Origin: a virus
Taxonomy: Duplodnaviria > Caudoviricetes
Reading direction: 5' to 3' (one strand)
DNA: 64,000 nucleotides
Virus record (IMG/VR): IMGVR_UViG_2548876968_000003
Coordinates: 11,782 to 75,781 of that record
Both the position numbers and the translations under genes were made by a program. Under the pieces are notes generated by a model that was not told the DNA's origin, did no database searches, and saw only the letters and a list, made by a program, of their open reading frames with translations. This document shows positions 19,268-27,985 of this stretch, in pieces (positions within the stretch are counted from its first letter, which is position 1; each line of letters opens with the position of its first letter).

Positions 19268-20836
19268 TCACTCAGTATACGCCGAAGTGGACGTAGGACT
19301 CCATTTGAACGATACGTTCGTATTTGCTTTCCCTTGACCCGGAGAGAATTCATCGATCACGTCTGTGATATATCCAAACTCACTGATCTCGTCTTCCGGT
19401 ATCGGATATTTTTTAGAAGCGTCCATTACGATACGAAAGGGCATTCCCGGACGTAATGGAATAAAAGGAAGATCAAAAGAACCACTGGCGATTTTTAACT
19501 CTTCGATATCGCAGAAAATATTAAAGAGCATATCGCGAATTTTAGCGAGCTCACCTTTGTAGTTTTCTTTGATTGTCTCGTTTAGATTTTCCTCTTTAAA
19601 AACGAGTCCGGCCATCTTTACATGAAGCAGTTTTGGACCGAAAATTGAACGAAGTCTGTCTTCGTATTTCGGCTCGGAAAGAACAGTTCCAAATTGTTGA
19701 AATGTATTCTGAATTACGTGAACACCCGCGATAATCGAATCTTCCGAATCTTCGATTCGATAATTCTTGAGATCATCAAAGGCTAAATAATAACAAGCGT
19801 CGATATTCGATGTTTTTAAATCCCGGTATTTCCCGTTCTTCCCAAACATGTAAAAAGGGGTTGGCCTGAAAACTACCTGGGCCTCCTTTCTTCCTACTTC
19901 GTATTCTTCGATCTTATTCGATCCTATCTCACCTAAAGAAACCCCCTTCCCATACATTCCGTCGATTTGAAAGGTTTGGAGTGGATCCACGAACAATTCG
20001 TAGAGAGGTTCGGAAACATACGATCTTAGTATTTCCCAAAAGTTGACGTACGAGCCGATTGAAAAACTCGATAGCACTTGAGATTCGTATGTGAAATATT
20101 CCGTGTATGCTTTTTTTGGAAGAAGGATCGTTAAAATAGAATCGGGATCGTTTTCTGTAGTCGGTGAAAGTACTGGATGATCTGCATACCTTGAAATGTT
20201 CATCAATGTACAAAAAAACTCATCCCAAAAGTTTTTGATTAAATCGGACAACTGTCCCTGTAAAAATACTTTCGTCGCTTTTGTGATCACTCCTGCATAC
20301 GATTCTTGGGTCCGAGTGGGTGGCTCTCCTTCTGTTCTTTGATAGTCGATAAAAAAGTCGGTATCGGAAAGAAGAGTCTCAATCGGTGAAATAGTGACAC
20401 TGACAAAACTTTTTCCATCGGCCGAATATTCTCTAGACGCAGATTTTACCTTGCCAACGTTTAACTTGTTAAACCTACTTTCCTCTGAATTGCCTGATCC
20501 ATTATCGTAATAAATAAAAACAATACTCCTAACCGGGAATATATCTCTGAATCTTAAAAATTCTCCCTCTTTAATTTGAGATAAAGGCAGAGGAGTATCT
20601 GCATTGCGTTGAACGAAGTATCCTTCTTGGTACGGAATTGTAAGCGCGATTCCTCCCCTTTGCGCGGAAATGGAACGATGAGATTTGATAGTCGTAACGT
20701 GTTCTACGGGAAAGAAAATACTACTGGATGATCCAGGTAAATGGACCTCGATCGCAAACGATTTTGGCGGAAAACCAATACCCCTTCGCTCTGTTATCTT
20801 TTCTACTTTGTCCGGATCGAAAGCTTGAGTCGACAC
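19268..20836 (-). CDS. Putative baseplate hub protein (522 aa)
   Basis: Next to the spike gene; GTG start with TCCGAT box 27 nt upstream; function inferred from synteny. Confidence 0.55.
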   Translation of the reverse strand: MSTQAFDPDKVEKITERRGIGFPPKSFAIEVHLPGSSSSIFFPVEHVTTIKSHRSISAQRGGIALTIPYQEGYFVQRNADTPLPLSQIKEGEFLRFRDIFPVRSIVFIYYDNGSGNSEESRFNKLNVGKVKSASREYSADGKSFVSVTISPIETLLSDTDFFIDYQRTEGEPPTRTQESYAGVITKATKVFLQGQLSDLIKNFWDEFFCTLMNISRYADHPVLSPTTENDPDSILTILLPKKAYTEYFTYESQVLSSFSIGSYVNFWEILRSYVSEPLYELFVDPLQTFQIDGMYGKGVSLGEIGSNKIEEYEVGRKEAQVVFRPTPFYMFGKNGKYRDLKTSNIDACYYLAFDDLKNYRIEDSEDSIIAGVHVIQNTFQQFGTVLSEPKYEDRLRSIFGPKLLHVKMAGLVFKEENLNETIKENYKGELAKIRDMLFNIFCDIEELKIASGSFDLPFIPLRPGMPFRIVMDASKKYPIPEDEISEFGYITDVIDEFSPGQGKANTNVSFKWSPTSTSAYTE

Positions 20837-20859
20837 AGAGAAAATCGTAACGGATTAGG

Positions 20860-21579
20860 TCATATCGGAGGACTAGTCTTTGTAGGAGGCAATGGACCTG
20901 GGTTATAAAGATGGTTGTGTTCTTTTAAAGAGGTTCCCGCCGCGATCACATCTGCATCAGAAACGATTTTTTCAGTTGCTTCAATTTTACCGGTTATATC
21001 TAAATCGCCTTCAAAGGTAGTTTTTCCCACAATTTTTGTATCCCCGTTGATTTGAACTTTAGAATTTATCTCCACGTTTTCAAATGTGAGAGTCGCTTTT
21101 TTGGATGTAAAATCAAACTCTAATACGACTTCTTGTGAATCGTTATAGACCTCTATCTTATTCGTAGTTTGACGAACCGCGTAGCCAGACTCGTGAAAAT
21201 CAATTATGTCTGTCTCCGGGTTGATAAAAGAAAATTTATTCCAGAAGTCCTGAATATTCGATAAGTCGGAATCCTTGGTAGAAAAAGGGAAAACTTGAGT
21301 GATGATAGGAGCGCGAAAAGAACCTCCAATAAACTCAAGCAATACGAGCTGATTTTTTTTAAGACCAAAGGCTCTTCCATTTGCATTTCCTCCTTGTTTC
21401 AATGCAGGTCCAAAGTATCGAACTTTTTGAAATGGTTCTCCAAATGTAGTCAAAACATTTGCACGAAATCGAGGAAAGACGTCGGTTACGGTTGCAAGCA
21501 TCGGAGGAGTCATTCTCGCGTCCGGAGACTGTGGTTTTTCCTGCCAATCGAAAGGATCGTTAGTAAAAGATCCTCTCAT
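20860..21579 (-). CDS. Baseplate central spike (gpV / Mu gp45-like, 239 aa)
   Basis: N-terminal OB-fold-like region, beta-helix repeats and C-terminal DVIAAGTSLKEHNH (HxH metal-binding tip). Confidence 0.82.
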   Translation of the reverse strand: MRGSFTNDPFDWQEKPQSPDARMTPPMLATVTDVFPRFRANVLTTFGEPFQKVRYFGPALKQGGNANGRAFGLKKNQLVLLEFIGGSFRAPIITQVFPFSTKDSDLSNIQDFWNKFSFINPETDIIDFHESGYAVRQTTNKIEVYNDSQEVVLEFDFTSKKATLTFENVEINSKVQINGDTKIVGKTTFEGDLDITGKIEATEKIVSDADVIAAGTSLKEHNHLYNPGPLPPTKTSPPI

Positions 21580-23525
21580 CTCGAAATGATACTACTCCCG
21601 CCTGAAATCGATTCCAAATAAAAGCGAAATAAAATCTTGTCCCCGTCTTGTAATACTCCCAAAAAACGAGCGTCATTCACTCTTGGATCCGACTTAAACT
21701 GTCGTATTAACTGTTGGATATATCCCTTACTGAATATCTCATCCGTGGTTTCTCCCCAAACGATCGGATTCCCTATCTCCGGACTTCCCGGAATCGATCC
21801 GATTACAATATCAATGTGATCCAGTTTTTCATTCACGAGAGCTTCATCGCCTTCAATGATTGCCAAATCACCCGTCGGCGAAACATCAATCCCTCGATTC
21901 TCTGTAAGTTTTATATCGCATCCAAGAAGTGCGATTTCTAAATCTCTTGGCGTCGGATTGTCCGGTAAGACCGTAAACACATTTGTCTTTGTCCCAAAGG
22001 GGATTTTAATCGCGCGGCTTGCAAGAATGGTCGTTTCATGTTGTCCGTTATAAAGCGCGAGTGCTTGACCTAAAGTCGCGTCCCCTAATTTTTTCGCTGC
22101 GACCTTTTCCCAGGTATCACCCGATGAAACGTAATGTATGGAAAATTCATTGTCAACAGCCGCCTGATTGATTGCGCTCTGTGTTTCTAAAAGAATCTGA
22201 TTTACCGTCAATGCAAACTGGTAAACATCGTTATCAATCCAAGCACTCAAATCCGCGTTCGGTTGTAGGGACATCGATTCATACGATCCTCCCGTTTGAA
22301 CCGGAATCGTAAATTGAGCAATAAGAGAAATTAAGGCACTACAATCCGAAGAGGCCTTCTCTAAACTTTGTCTAAAATCCGCTTCGTTCGATCTTGATTT
22401 TTTGTATGCGTCGTCAATTCTTTGTGAGATTTCTTCAGCGTTAAATCCCCGTTTTTTTGATTTTATCCCAAGGTCGGCTTTGGCACTCTCGAAGGTTTTT
22501 CGTGCTAACTTTCCTTGCGCGTTAAACTGATTTTTCATCCGATCCCAAGAAGAGAAAAGTCTTTTGGAAGAGTTAGCAAAAACTTGAACACCTCGCGCGA
22601 CTCCAAGAAGCGCACCCGACAACTGCAAAGGGAGATTTACGATATTTTCTAACTCGTTCATGAGTCCCGAAATGGTTCTAAACGGATTGAAATTACTTCG
22701 GATGAGCTGACTCGTAATTGAAGAATCAAGTTCACGTACAACAACCAGATTCAACGAATATTTGTACGTATTTGTATCGGAGACGGAACGAGTAATCGTA
22801 AATCCACTAGACGGAACAACGACCTCAACGGTTCGGTTTCGGTCATAGTCGCGAAAAATCATCGCGTGACTCTTCCAAGTCAGCCTTCTTTCTCTAAAAA
22901 GTTTTGCAATCTTTGAACCTTGAGGATCGTTTGACGTATATTGTACCGGGTCAAGATTTCTGGAATAGTGCAGGATGAACATAAAATCCTGGAATTCTTG
23001 AAGTCCCGATCGAAAGTCCCCTCCTCCGAGGCTTAGATAACTGCTTCTGATTTTATCATAATAATTACTTACAGTATTCGAAACGATACTTTTGGCGGCT
23101 GAAAATGCGGATTGAATAAAACCCGCACCCGCATCTCCCGGAATCGCAGACCTGGGTTTTGCAGGAAGTCCCAGGTGATAAATGTGGAATTCGCCTTCTA
23201 ATTTAATCTCGTGGTTGTCCGGTCCATAGTCAACGACCACGACTCCCCCAAATGTTTTTTCAATCCCTACTCGGTATTTGAAATTCTCCGTATATTGAAG
23301 CGGACCATTTACAAAAAAATATTCATTCGAAACGACATTCCCGTCCGTGAGATTATAGGAACCGTTATTTTGTTTTTCATAAAAGGAGAGAGAAAATACA
23401 TTCTGCGGTTGGTAAGTCGGTGCTAAACTTCCGGAAAACGCTCCACCCGTAACAGAATTAAAAGCGGATTTCGCACCATCTGCTACACCTCCGCCGAATC
23501 CAGAAACCGAATCGAGAACTCCCAT
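21576..23525 (-). CDS. Baseplate protein: tube-initiator-like N-terminus, LysM-like domain, gp25/gp46-like wedge C-terminus (649 aa)
   Basis: HYVSSGDTWEKVAAKKLGD is LysM-like; TGDLAIIEGDEAL...SDPRV resembles wedge subunits. Confidence 0.6.
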   Translation of the reverse strand: MGVLDSVSGFGGGVADGAKSAFNSVTGGAFSGSLAPTYQPQNVFSLSFYEKQNNGSYNLTDGNVVSNEYFFVNGPLQYTENFKYRVGIEKTFGGVVVVDYGPDNHEIKLEGEFHIYHLGLPAKPRSAIPGDAGAGFIQSAFSAAKSIVSNTVSNYYDKIRSSYLSLGGGDFRSGLQEFQDFMFILHYSRNLDPVQYTSNDPQGSKIAKLFRERRLTWKSHAMIFRDYDRNRTVEVVVPSSGFTITRSVSDTNTYKYSLNLVVVRELDSSITSQLIRSNFNPFRTISGLMNELENIVNLPLQLSGALLGVARGVQVFANSSKRLFSSWDRMKNQFNAQGKLARKTFESAKADLGIKSKKRGFNAEEISQRIDDAYKKSRSNEADFRQSLEKASSDCSALISLIAQFTIPVQTGGSYESMSLQPNADLSAWIDNDVYQFALTVNQILLETQSAINQAAVDNEFSIHYVSSGDTWEKVAAKKLGDATLGQALALYNGQHETTILASRAIKIPFGTKTNVFTVLPDNPTPRDLEIALLGCDIKLTENRGIDVSPTGDLAIIEGDEALVNEKLDHIDIVIGSIPGSPEIGNPIVWGETTDEIFSKGYIQQLIRQFKSDPRVNDARFLGVLQDGDKILFRFYLESISGGSSIISR

Positions 23526-23553
23526 CGCTTGGAAGAATAAATTCTTTCACTCT

Positions 23554-23567
23554 ATCGGATGTCCGAT
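23554..23567. promoter_or_regulatory. Back-to-back late-promoter boxes ATCGGA-TG-TCCGAT serving two divergent baseplate operons
   Basis: TCCGAT 28 nt before the minus-strand ATG (23525) and 27 nt before the plus-strand ATG (23595); same spacing at seven other late genes (one at 39 nt). Confidence 0.65.
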
Positions 23568-23594
23568 TTTTGAAATATAGTTACGTTTTCATGT

Positions 23595-24791
23595 ATGGGA
23601 ACTCCCGTACCTTATATTCCTAAAACGGAACTCGAGTACAAGACAGCTCAACAAAATAGCTTACTCGCCAGTGGTTCCCGGTTATCAAATTTCAATCCGG
23701 GATCCAGAATCTCAACTTGGATTGCGACAATTGCCTCAGTTCTTGCGGAAGGTGATGTAAGGACTCTGAACGGATTCGATTATTCGATCAGGGAGGGAGT
23801 ATATAACGCATTCGGATTTACGAGATTGCCCGGTTTAAAGGCGATCGGAATTCTTAGAATCGATCATTCAGGCCATACGAGTCCTGTAAATATTGGGGTT
23901 TTCACACTTGATCTTTTCGGTCTCGTTTATGAATCCATTGCGCCCGTTACAATCCCCGTTGGAGAATCTTCCGTTGAAATCGAAATCAGAGCCAAGAACC
24001 CAGGGAAAGATTATAACATTACTCGGCTTTCGATTGATACACAAGAAGGACTTGGTTCTGTAAATGTACAAGTTCCGCCAAATACAAGGATCTGGAATCC
24101 GAGTGATTTCGCGGGCGGAACTAATATTGAAAGCGAAGAAAATAGACTCCGTCGTTTTCGCAATTTTATCGTTTCTCTTGGTCGCTCTACTCCGCTCGGA
24201 ATCTATACAGCAGCGACCTCGATTCCCGGAGTGGCTGGAATTCAACTTACGACAAACGTGAATCCGTTTTCAGGTGCGTTTGAAATCGGTTGGATCAATC
24301 TTTATATTTCGGACGGAACTTCTAATCCTCCTCAAAGTCTTCTTGATCTTGTTCAGAAAACGATTGAAGGGGATCTAACGGATCCAGAAAATTTTCCGGG
24401 CTTTGCGGCCGCCGGAACATTTGTCGCAGTTTTTAGAATTCCGGTTCTTGGAATTACAGTTAAGTATGATTTGCAAATTCAAAACGAATCTCAACTTTCA
24501 AACGAACAAGCCTTAGATATCGCACAAAATCGGCTTACTCTATATCTCAATACTTTACCAGTTGGCTTCGATGTTTTGTTAAAACAAATCGAAGGAACAA
24601 TTTTAAAAGCTCATCCTGATTTTTACAAAGTAAACATTACCGAGTTTTATGGAAAACTCGCATCCGATCCGGTTCCTTTCCCTCTTCCACCTCCGAGTGA
24701 TATTTCTGTTCCAACTGTGGATCTTCCAAGAACCGGCGGAACTTCCGGAGGAATCATTTCAGGATCCGTAACTCGTGTGGAGCCGTCTTAA
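23595..24791 (+). CDS. Baseplate J-like wedge protein (398 aa)
   Basis: FGFTRLPGLKA.G, GGTNIESEENRLRRFR...SLGRSTP.GI...ATSIPGV are baseplate-J family motifs. Confidence 0.88.
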   Translation: MGTPVPYIPKTELEYKTAQQNSLLASGSRLSNFNPGSRISTWIATIASVLAEGDVRTLNGFDYSIREGVYNAFGFTRLPGLKAIGILRIDHSGHTSPVNIGVFTLDLFGLVYESIAPVTIPVGESSVEIEIRAKNPGKDYNITRLSIDTQEGLGSVNVQVPPNTRIWNPSDFAGGTNIESEENRLRRFRNFIVSLGRSTPLGIYTAATSIPGVAGIQLTTNVNPFSGAFEIGWINLYISDGTSNPPQSLLDLVQKTIEGDLTDPENFPGFAAAGTFVAVFRIPVLGITVKYDLQIQNESQLSNEQALDIAQNRLTLYLNTLPVGFDVLLKQIEGTILKAHPDFYKVNITEFYGKLASDPVPFPLPPPSDISVPTVDLPRTGGTSGGIISGSVTRVEPS

Positions 24792-24792
24792 T

Positions 24793-25392
24793 ATGCCACA
24801 TGAAAACAAATTACTGGCTGGACTTCCTCAGTTCAATGAAACCGACCCAATTTTCAAAGAACTGTTCGGTGATCCTTCTCGTCCTGAACTAACTCCTGTC
24901 TCGAATATAAACGATATCAATGTCGGTGCGATTTACAACTCCGTAGAGTGGCATCTTAGATATCAGGATCTTGCGGTCAAGAGCGCGGTTTTATCGGGTG
25001 CCGAACAACACTTCTTAGAAAAATGGTCCGAGTTACTCGGAATACAACGACCTTCCGGAATGTCCGATTCGGAATTTGTCGGTTATATCATTGGTTACGT
25101 TCTTTCGAACGAACCTACGATTCCAAAAATTGGAGAGATCTTTCCAAGGCCAGATTTCGCAATTCTACGGTGCGACGAGTTAGGTTTTGCAACCGAAGTA
25201 TCCGCAAGCGATCTCGGCCTCATCCTTCCCGGACCCGATACCAAAGCAGTTTCGGCAATCGTCACGCCGGACAGAGGCGCGACTTACGTTCTCACAAACG
25301 ACTTAGACAAGTTATCCGACTTACAACTCACCGAACTCAATCGAATTCTTGCGGCCGGCGTCGCCGCATTTGCAGGGGAAATAGATGGCTAA
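24793..25392 (+). CDS. Baseplate wedge / gpI-like protein (199 aa)
   Basis: LEKWSELLGIQRPSGMSDSEF resembles P2 gpI / Mu gp48-like proteins; follows baseplate J; ATG at 24793. Confidence 0.7.
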   Translation: MPHENKLLAGLPQFNETDPIFKELFGDPSRPELTPVSNINDINVGAIYNSVEWHLRYQDLAVKSAVLSGAEQHFLEKWSELLGIQRPSGMSDSEFVGYIIGYVLSNEPTIPKIGEIFPRPDFAILRCDELGFATEVSASDLGLILPGPDTKAVSAIVTPDRGATYVLTNDLDKLSDLQLTELNRILAAGVAAFAGEIDG

Positions 25393-26170
25393 TGAATTAA
25401 AGATTCCTTTAACAAATAACGAAGTAAAAGTATATTATCAAAGTTTACTTCAAAAAGTTACAGCGAACGATTTCAATCGATTGTCGGGAGCAGAATCCGA
25501 ACATTCTGCAATTCCCGCAGTCCTAACCGCAATACTTGCGACTATCGGAAGAAACACGGATACTGCAATTGGTTTTTCCGTTTCTACACTTGATAACCAA
25601 ACAATTAAAGTAAGTGCCGGTCTTTATATTCGACCGCACGCAGTTTATATCTTTCCACCTGTAACGCTTTCTCCTCACTCCGGTTCTTTAGAAGGAATCT
25701 ATGAAATCGAACTCGAAGAAACTCTTACCGATTCTTCGGCGGTTTCTCTTTGGAATACAACCACTCAAAGATTTCAACCCCAAGTAAGACCGACTCGTAA
25801 AACATACAGGACGAGTCTTTTTGAACAATGGGTAAACTCTCCAGGTCTTCCAACACCGACGACAGGTAGAATCGGTCTTCTATCTTTTAAGAAAAATGTG
25901 ATCGGTGGACCCATTACAAACCTCATCCGAATTTTACCTGTATATGATCCGGGTTTAATTGGAGTGGAAGTGCAGTTAGATCCAGGAATCGGTGACCGAA
26001 CGTCAATTGCCGATGCGATCAACTGGCTTTTTGGGCATGTGGAATCTAAAAATTTTATTAGGACTTCCGTTTCACCCGGTTACGACAACGCAAAATTTCA
26101 AGTACGGACGCAAGGGAACTTTGCCTATTGGAGTAAGGATAATGGAGGTACTTGGTTCCCTTTCGCATAA
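25385..26170 (+). CDS. Tail-fibre proximal part (261 aa), possibly the N-terminal part of a frameshifted 408-aa gene
   Basis: Follows the J/I-like genes; overlaps the next ORF in the -1 frame. Confidence 0.6.
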   Translation: MANELKIPLTNNEVKVYYQSLLQKVTANDFNRLSGAESEHSAIPAVLTAILATIGRNTDTAIGFSVSTLDNQTIKVSAGLYIRPHAVYIFPPVTLSPHSGSLEGIYEIELEETLTDSSAVSLWNTTTQRFQPQVRPTRKTYRTSLFEQWVNSPGLPTPTTGRIGLLSFKKNVIGGPITNLIRILPVYDPGLIGVEVQLDPGIGDRTSIADAINWLFGHVESKNFIRTSVSPGYDNAKFQVRTQGNFAYWSKDNGGTWFPFA

Positions 26171-26610
26171 CCCCACCGAGTGGACCATCTTCTCCAGTAT
26201 CGGGAGCCGGTGGCCATTGGGTGGGGAATTTAGGACCTGATCGTTACGATGTATTTCCCAAAGGTTCTTATTCTATCGGAGACCTTTGGCACGTAGTAGA
26301 CGCACATATCGATCAGGGTGGAAACGTTACCGATTGCGGTCAGTGTGGGGGAAACACTAGCTGTCATAACCTTGGACCTTGGTTTGATTGCCCTGACTGT
26401 CCGGCGGGGTATTCTCAGAGCAACGCAATTGGTCTTTGCTGGACCGGCGGAACGGTTTTTATACCGTGTTGCACGAGTACGTGCTGTATCAACACATGCA
26501 ATACTTGTCACGTTTCCAATTGGTTTACTCGCTACAAAGTTTATAAGTACGAATTTTTCCATTGGACTTTAGTATCTCAATATACCGTTCACGGAAGACT
26601 CTGGAGTTAG
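26152..26610 (+). CDS. Cysteine-rich protein (12 Cys in ~65 aa), probable fibre tip
   Basis: Translation shows DCGQC...CPDC...PCCTSTCCINTCNTC; TTG start with poor SD spacing suggests it continues the upstream ORF. Confidence 0.6.
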   Translation: MVPFRITPPSGPSSPVSGAGGHWVGNLGPDRYDVFPKGSYSIGDLWHVVDAHIDQGGNVTDCGQCGGNTSCHNLGPWFDCPDCPAGYSQSNAIGLCWTGGTVFIPCCTSTCCINTCNTCHVSNWFTRYKVYKYEFFHWTLVSQYTVHGRLWS

Positions 26611-26616
26611 TCAATC

Positions 26617-26784
26617 ATGGATGAAAAGAAAAATTATGATTTTTCAGAAAAAAGAATGGGAACATGTCTTACGTGTCCCTTATTATTAAAGGGATTTTTT
26701 GGAGAACAGTGTTCCGTTTGCCACTGCTTTGTAAGGCTGAAAACGAAATTAAAACGAGAATCATGCCCTATAGGCAAGTGGTAA
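26617..26784 (+). CDS. Small Cys-rich protein (55 aa; CxxC...CxxCxC...CPxGKW, DUF6171-like)
   Basis: Own translation MDEKKNYDFSEKRMGTCLTCPLLLKGFFGEQCSVCHCFVRLKTKLKRESCPIGKW; below the ORF-track cutoff. Confidence 0.7.
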   Translation: MDEKKNYDFSEKRMGTCLTCPLLLKGFFGEQCSVCHCFVRLKTKLKRESCPIGKW

Positions 26785-26791
26785 CGAATTT

Positions 26792-27130
26792 ATGTCTGGA
26801 TGTTGCGGAGGAAGCAGTATGAACCAACAATTAATTTTTCAACAATTGAGCCAACTCACAGGCCTAGGTCTTAACAAAGGAAAAGATGCAAGCGAAGCGG
26901 CAAACGACGCAAATATTTTGATTGAAGCTTTGCTTGTGAAAGCGAAGGAAATGGAAAAGTCCTATCCTGGAAATAGTGAGGATTTGATCTTTCACCAACT
27001 CACTCAGTACGCGTATGGAAAGTTCAGCGTTGAATCGGATATTTCTAAAGTTGTAGAAAGCGTGTCGGCAATCGTGTCCGATCTGTTATCAAAAGCGAAG
27101 GCTTTGGAAAGTCGACGTTCCGGTTTATAG
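26792..27130 (+). CDS. Hypothetical helical protein (112 aa)
   Basis: ORF in the inverted cassette, 7 nt after the previous stop. Confidence 0.65.
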   Translation: MSGCCGGSSMNQQLIFQQLSQLTGLGLNKGKDASEAANDANILIEALLVKAKEMEKSYPGNSEDLIFHQLTQYAYGKFSVESDISKVVESVSAIVSDLLSKAKALESRRSGL

Positions 27131-27134
27131 TCGT

Positions 27135-27425
27135 ATGTTTTCAAGAATTTGGACTCGAACCAGTCTCTTTCTTTGGAGAATCAGGGCTTCTCGATTTTCA
27201 TCTAAGACACTGATTGATAAAGAAAGATGGCAACTTGCAATTCGTAACCATTGGTCGCATTGGTTTAACGGATTTCCTCTCTTCACTCTTTCTTTTGAAA
27301 AAGGAATCAGAGAAGGACAGTCTTTGACTCTAAACGCCGGTCTTTTTGGCTTAGTTTTCGTGTTATTCATTTACTCAAAAACTTCAATTGATTCCCCCGG
27401 AAGAAAAGAATGGAAACAAATCTGA
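27135..27425 (+). CDS. Hypothetical membrane protein (96 aa)
   Basis: One hydrophobic segment LNAGLFGLVFVLFIY. Confidence 0.45.
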   Translation: MFSRIWTRTSLFLWRIRASRFSSKTLIDKERWQLAIRNHWSHWFNGFPLFTLSFEKGIREGQSLTLNAGLFGLVFVLFIYSKTSIDSPGRKEWKQI

Positions 27426-27541
27426 TTCTATTGATCCTGATGTATACGGTCATCTGGACCGTTGCAGTTTGGGTAGGTTGTGCGATTTTAGCTTTTGTCA
27501 TTTACTTATGCGTCTTTGGATTCAAGAAAAATGGCAGATAG
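27410..27541 (+). CDS. Small membrane protein (43 aa)
   Basis: Own translation METNLILLILMYTVIWTVAVWVGCAILAFVIYLCVFGFKKNGR; overlaps both neighbours. Confidence 0.5.
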   Translation: METNLILLILMYTVIWTVAVWVGCAILAFVIYLCVFGFKKNGR

Positions 27542-27714
27542 GCTAAAACTCACGTCTGAAAACGTAAGTAATCTTTTTCTAAAATGTCTTTTCTTAGAAG
27601 GTGAAGACACGACGGACTTTGTTTGGGATTGCTTCGAGTCTCATAGAATACAATCTATCGAGAGAAGTTTGGATTACTTTACCTTCTGGAGTTCCTTACT
27701 TTTTCATAAAATGA
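27531..27714 (+). pseudogene. Internally deleted / frameshifted remnant of a phage hypothetical gene
   Basis: MADRLKLTSENVSNLFLKCLFLEGEDTTDF in one frame and LFGIASSLIEYNLSREVWITLPSGVPYFFIK* in the +1 frame resemble the two ends of one recalled phage protein family, with the middle missing. Confidence 0.35.
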
Positions 27715-27744
27715 AATTAAAATATCAAGTTACTCTTCTCACTT

Positions 27745-27981
27745 TTAATCCAATTCTCCGTATTGTAGTTCTCTTTCAAAATCTCCAATCATTTCTCTTT
27801 TTTGCAAGAATCGCAATAGTCTATCCCGATCGACATACGCTTTGTCAATTGCAGTCATAATCTCATCAAAGGCGCGCTGAGATAAAGCGTGAAAAAACAG
27901 TCCCTCAGTAAGCAAAGCTCGAAACTGGAGAACTTCCGGATGGTGTCTAAATGATTCTTGATTTTTCAAAGTTTCCTCCAA
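27745..27981 (-). CDS. Hypothetical protein (78 aa)
   Basis: ORF 5 nt after the 910-aa gene. Confidence 0.5.
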   Translation of the reverse strand: MEETLKNQESFRHHPEVLQFRALLTEGLFFHALSQRAFDEIMTAIDKAYVDRDRLLRFLQKREMIGDFERELQYGELD

Positions 27982-27985
27982 TGTT

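Noticed and set aside
793-23590. Full sigma28 promoter (TAAA-N15-GCCGATAA) at the TCCGAT sites
   Set aside because: No consistent -35 TAAA at 15 nt in the nine sites, so only the single box is claimed
25385-26784. Diversity-generating retroelement or shufflon acting on the fibre
   Set aside because: No reverse transcriptase, template repeat, invertase or crossover-site repeats seen in the window
27135-27541. Holin/lysis cassette
   Set aside because: Small membrane proteins are present but no endolysin or spanin was recognised; not enough to name them
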